Source: Leptonemataceae bacterium
Lineage (GTDB): Bacteria; Spirochaetota; Leptospiria; Leptospirales; Leptonemataceae
Assembly: GCA_965227295.1 (NCBI GenBank)
Contig: OZ245742.1
Location: 2,400,001 to 2,464,000 of the forward strand
DNA length: 64,000 bases
Reading direction: 5' to 3'
Program-made: the position numbers and the translations under genes
Notes under the pieces: generated by a model
What the model saw: the letters and a program-made list of their open reading frames with translations, nothing else
Told to the model about the DNA's origin: nothing
Databases searched by the model: none
Shown: one piece after another, positions 61,501 through 64,000 of the stretch
Layout: the number at the start of each line of letters is the position of its first letter
How positions within the stretch are numbered: the first letter of the stretch is position 1

Positions 61501-61540
61501 GCGGCTTTGAGCTGCGTGATTATGAAGCAGCGGAAGTGAA

Positions 61541-61972
61541 TTGGACCTTTTGATGAAATTCATCGCGGCGTTTGCGGCGCTCGGTTTGATTCTCTCCGTA
61601 ACGTTCGGTTTTGTCGGCGGAAACCGCATCTTTCCGTTGATTATGACGGCGCTGGTTTGCACCGCGTTGTCCGGGGGCCTGGGCGCCGGTACCTATAAGG
61701 TACTGGAACAACGGGTGCCTGAATTTTTCGATCTCTTTCGCGGGCCGCAGAGCCTGGAAGGAGAGATGAGCGACATCGAACTCGGCGACGAGGGCGACTA
61801 CGGCGACGACGAGATGTCCGTCGACCGGAGTGACGACGAAGACGACGGCGGAGTAGAATCCGACTCGAAACAATTTGGTGATCATATCATCGTAGACAAA
61901 ATTAAGATCAAGAACGAGCCGAAGCTGATCGCCGAAGCGATCCGCACCATGCTTGCGAAAGACGATAAGTAG
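61541..61972 (+). CDS. Membrane protein with acidic tail between flhG and fliA
   Basis: Two TMs, acidic linker, C-terminal PKLIAEAIRTML. Confidence 0.7.
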   Translation: MDLLMKFIAAFAALGLILSVTFGFVGGNRIFPLIMTALVCTALSGGLGAGTYKVLEQRVPEFFDLFRGPQSLEGEMSDIELGDEGDYGDDEMSVDRSDDEDDGGVESDSKQFGDHIIVDKIKIKNEPKLIAEAIRTMLAKDDK

Positions 61973-62011
61973 AAACGACGAGTAACAGCAGCAAACGCCT
62001 CCGGCGGAACG

Positions 62012-62809
62012 ATGGGCAAAATCTGGGACAAATACAAAGACCACGAAGAGATCGAACTCTGGCGTGAATATCGCCGGACGAAGAATCGCGAGATTCGCGA
62101 CTTTCTCGTCGAGAAGTACTCCCCCCTGGTAAAGTACGTGGCCGGCAAGGTGGCCATCGGCATGCCGCAGAACGTGGAGTTCGACGACCTCGTCAGCTAC
62201 GGTTCCTTCGGATTGTTGGACGCCATTGAGAAGTTCGATCCGGACCGCGACATTAAGTTCAAAACGTACGCCATGACCCGCATCCGCGGCGCCATCTTCG
62301 ACGAGCTGCGCAGCATCGACTGGATTCCGCGTTCCATTCGCCAGAAGGCGAAGCAGGTCGAGGAAACCATCGCCACGCTGGAAAACAAACTCGGCCACAC
62401 CGTGGACGACGAAGACATCGCGAAAGAAATGAATCTTTCGTTAGATGAGCTGCATTCATTGTTAACGAAAATCAGCGGGACCTCCATGATCTCGCTGAAC
62501 GACATCTGGTACCTCGGCGACGACAACGACGAGGTCTCGTTCATGGAGACTCTGGAGTCGCCTCAGAACCTAAACCCCGACACGCTCATCGAAAAAGAAG
62601 AGATCAAGGCAGTCATCGTTGAGGCCATCAAACACCTGCCGGACAAAGAGAAAAAGGTCATCGTGCTGTATTACTACGAAGATCTTACTTTGAAAGAGAT
62701 CGGCGAGGTGCTTGAGGTTACCGAGTCTCGGATCTCGCAACTGCACACGAAAGCCATCATGCGTTTGCGCGGCAAACTCATGCGCATGAAGAACGCGCTG
62801 AAGAAGTAG
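62012..62809 (+). CDS. fliA: RNA polymerase sigma-28 factor (FliA/WhiG)
   Basis: [59 protein letters not shown]. Confidence 0.96.
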   Translation: MGKIWDKYKDHEEIELWREYRRTKNREIRDFLVEKYSPLVKYVAGKVAIGMPQNVEFDDLVSYGSFGLLDAIEKFDPDRDIKFKTYAMTRIRGAIFDELRSIDWIPRSIRQKAKQVEETIATLENKLGHTVDDEDIAKEMNLSLDELHSLLTKISGTSMISLNDIWYLGDDNDEVSFMETLESPQNLNPDTLIEKEEIKAVIVEAIKHLPDKEKKVIVLYYYEDLTLKEIGEVLEVTESRISQLHTKAIMRLRGKLMRMKNALKK

Positions 62810-63077
62810 GGCGGTCGGCGTGGTCCTGATACTCCATTCATCCGCCTGATCCGGAGAAGGCCGGTCGTTTGTATCCGCCCGAGATGCCTGGCAAGGAATC
62901 GTTTCGCAGGGACGTGGTCCTTATCTTTGCCCCGGCGGCAAACACACCTCCCGGGCCTGCGCGCTTGTAGGACGACTTTTCCTCAAGTAGTCCTTCAGCC
63001 GACACGTCTTCTTCGTTTTTTCGGCCTTTCTCAATTTTTGGATTGATCCAAATACGGTTCTCCGGGATACTTAACGC

Positions 63078-63602
63078 ATGGAAACCATCGTGACCGCCGC
63101 GTCTCTTATCACCGGATTCCTGGGTTTGCTGTTCGCGATCTTGCACAGCAGCAGTTCCGTGCGCCGGGACCTGAAAGCCGATATCTCCGTTCTACGAACC
63201 GATGTTTCCGTTCTACGAACCGATGTTTCCGTTCTGCGAACCGATCTCTCTGATTTGAGGACGGATCACAAGTCGTTGAGTTCGGAACTGAAGGCGGATC
63301 ACGAATCGCTGCGTTCGGAACTGAAGGCGGATCACGAATCGCTGCGTTCGGAACTGAAGGCGGATCACGAATCGCTGCGTTCGGAACTGAAGGCGGATCA
63401 CGACTTACTGCGTTCGGAACTGAAGACGGAAATCGTCGGCCTCGCCCGGCGTGTCGATTCTCGCATCGATACCCTGGAAGAACGCATGGCCGAGGGGTTT
63501 CGCCTGTTACGTGAGGATCACCGCTATCTCCGTGGCCGCGTCGACCATCTCACGGACAACCTGGCCGTGCGCCGGTTGATTATGCATCCACGGGAGGCGT
63601 GA
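63078..63602 (+). CDS. Membrane-anchored coiled-coil repeat protein (Bdr/DUF1640-like architecture)
   Basis: N-terminal TM; TDVSVLR-type 7-aa and SELKADHESLR 11-aa repeats. Confidence 0.7.
   Translation: METIVTAASLITGFLGLLFAILHSSSSVRRDLKADISVLRTDVSVLRTDVSVLRTDLSDLRTDHKSLSSELKADHESLRSELKADHESLRSELKADHESLRSELKADHDLLRSELKTEIVGLARRVDSRIDTLEERMAEGFRLLREDHRYLRGRVDHLTDNLAVRRLIMHPREA
63178..63425 (+). repeat. Intragenic VNTR: 21-bp x3 followed by 33-bp x4 plus a partial copy
   Basis: CCGATGTTTCCGTTCTACGAA-type units at 63178-63240; TTCGGAACTGAAGGCGGATCACGAATCGCTGCG units from 63281. Confidence 0.92.
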
Positions 63603-63663
63603 GCCGCCGCCCGTTTTCTTCTAAATTTTTCCGGATTTTCCGCTCGTTTCCTTTCGACGACCC

Positions 63664-63691
63664 TAAAGTACCCCCCTTCAATTTTCGATCT
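63664..63691 (+). promoter_or_regulatory. Possible sigma-28 promoter
   Basis: TAAA-N16-TTCGATCT upstream of a GGAGG RBS and a FlaG-like ORF, near fliA. Confidence 0.35.
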
Positions 63692-63714
63692 TGTTCAACA
63701 ATGGAGGGTAGCCT

Positions 63715-64000
63715 ATGGAAACCCTGATGAAGGACAACATGCACTCAACCGGAGCGGCGCAGGCGCACTCAGAAGTGAGCCGGGCGCGGGAACTGGCGGG
63801 AGCCGCGGTGCGCAATGCGCGCACGAAACTCGCGGATTCCGCCGAAAGCGGCGCTGCGCATGACCATCCACAACGCTACACGGACGTAGCCGACACCCCC
63901 GAAAATCGCGAGCGCGTGGATTCCGCGCTGAAGGCCCTGGAGCTGGTTCATCCGGAACTGAGCGCCGAGAACTCGCGATACCAGGTACGGGTCCATCCGG
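63715..64000 (+). CDS. Partial ORF running off the window, possibly FlaG-like (absent from the ORF track)
   Basis: GGAGG RBS then ATG at 63715; open to the window end: METLMKDN...RERVDSALKALE...SRYQVRVHP, resembling the helix-strand start of the FlaG domain. Confidence 0.45.
   Translation, partial: METLMKDNMHSTGAAQAHSEVSRARELAGAAVRNARTKLADSAESGAAHDHPQRYTDVADTPENRERVDSALKALELVHPELSAENSRYQVRVHP

Noticed and set aside
63178..63425. Short repeats resembling a CRISPR array
   Set aside because: Head-to-tail 21/33-bp units without spacers, in frame within a coiled-coil ORF
63769..63996. 75-aa minus-strand ORF at the window end
   Set aside because: A plus-strand ORF from 63715 with a GGAGG RBS covers the same region and is more plausible

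Overview
A GC-rich bacterial chromosomal window that is almost fully coding. Gene content (TRL-like lipoproteins, FG-GAP proteins, membrane-bound AraC, flhF-flhG-hyp-fliA, stand-alone fliG) suggests a Leptospiraceae-like spirochaete; this is inference. Housekeeping genes include a MoxR/DUF58 cluster, dnaX-ybaB-recR, pth, etfBA with an acyl-CoA dehydrogenase, a PPi-type PFK, a class I aldolase and flagellar regulators. The strongest candidate for an undescribed system is a chemotaxis operon (cheY-STAS-cheA-MCP-cheW-cheR-cheD-cheB). Its only receptor fuses an exported alpha-carbonic anhydrase with intact catalytic motifs to a membrane chemoreceptor carrying an Aer2-type heme PAS domain, suggesting combined CO2/pH and O2 sensing. 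Other notable items: three tandem ~330-370 bp non-coding units with conserved nested stems (44439-45494); three intergenic elements with ~24-bp inverted arms; an orphan Dcm-like methyltransferase near a Mig-like T:G glycosylase; a membrane-bound sigma-54 activator facing a consensus -24/-12 promoter for a secreted Cys-rich hydrolase; and a DEDDh exonuclease with degenerate catalytic residues. I saw no rRNA, tRNA, CRISPR array, transposase or integrase. All calls come from motif recognition by eye, without database searches.
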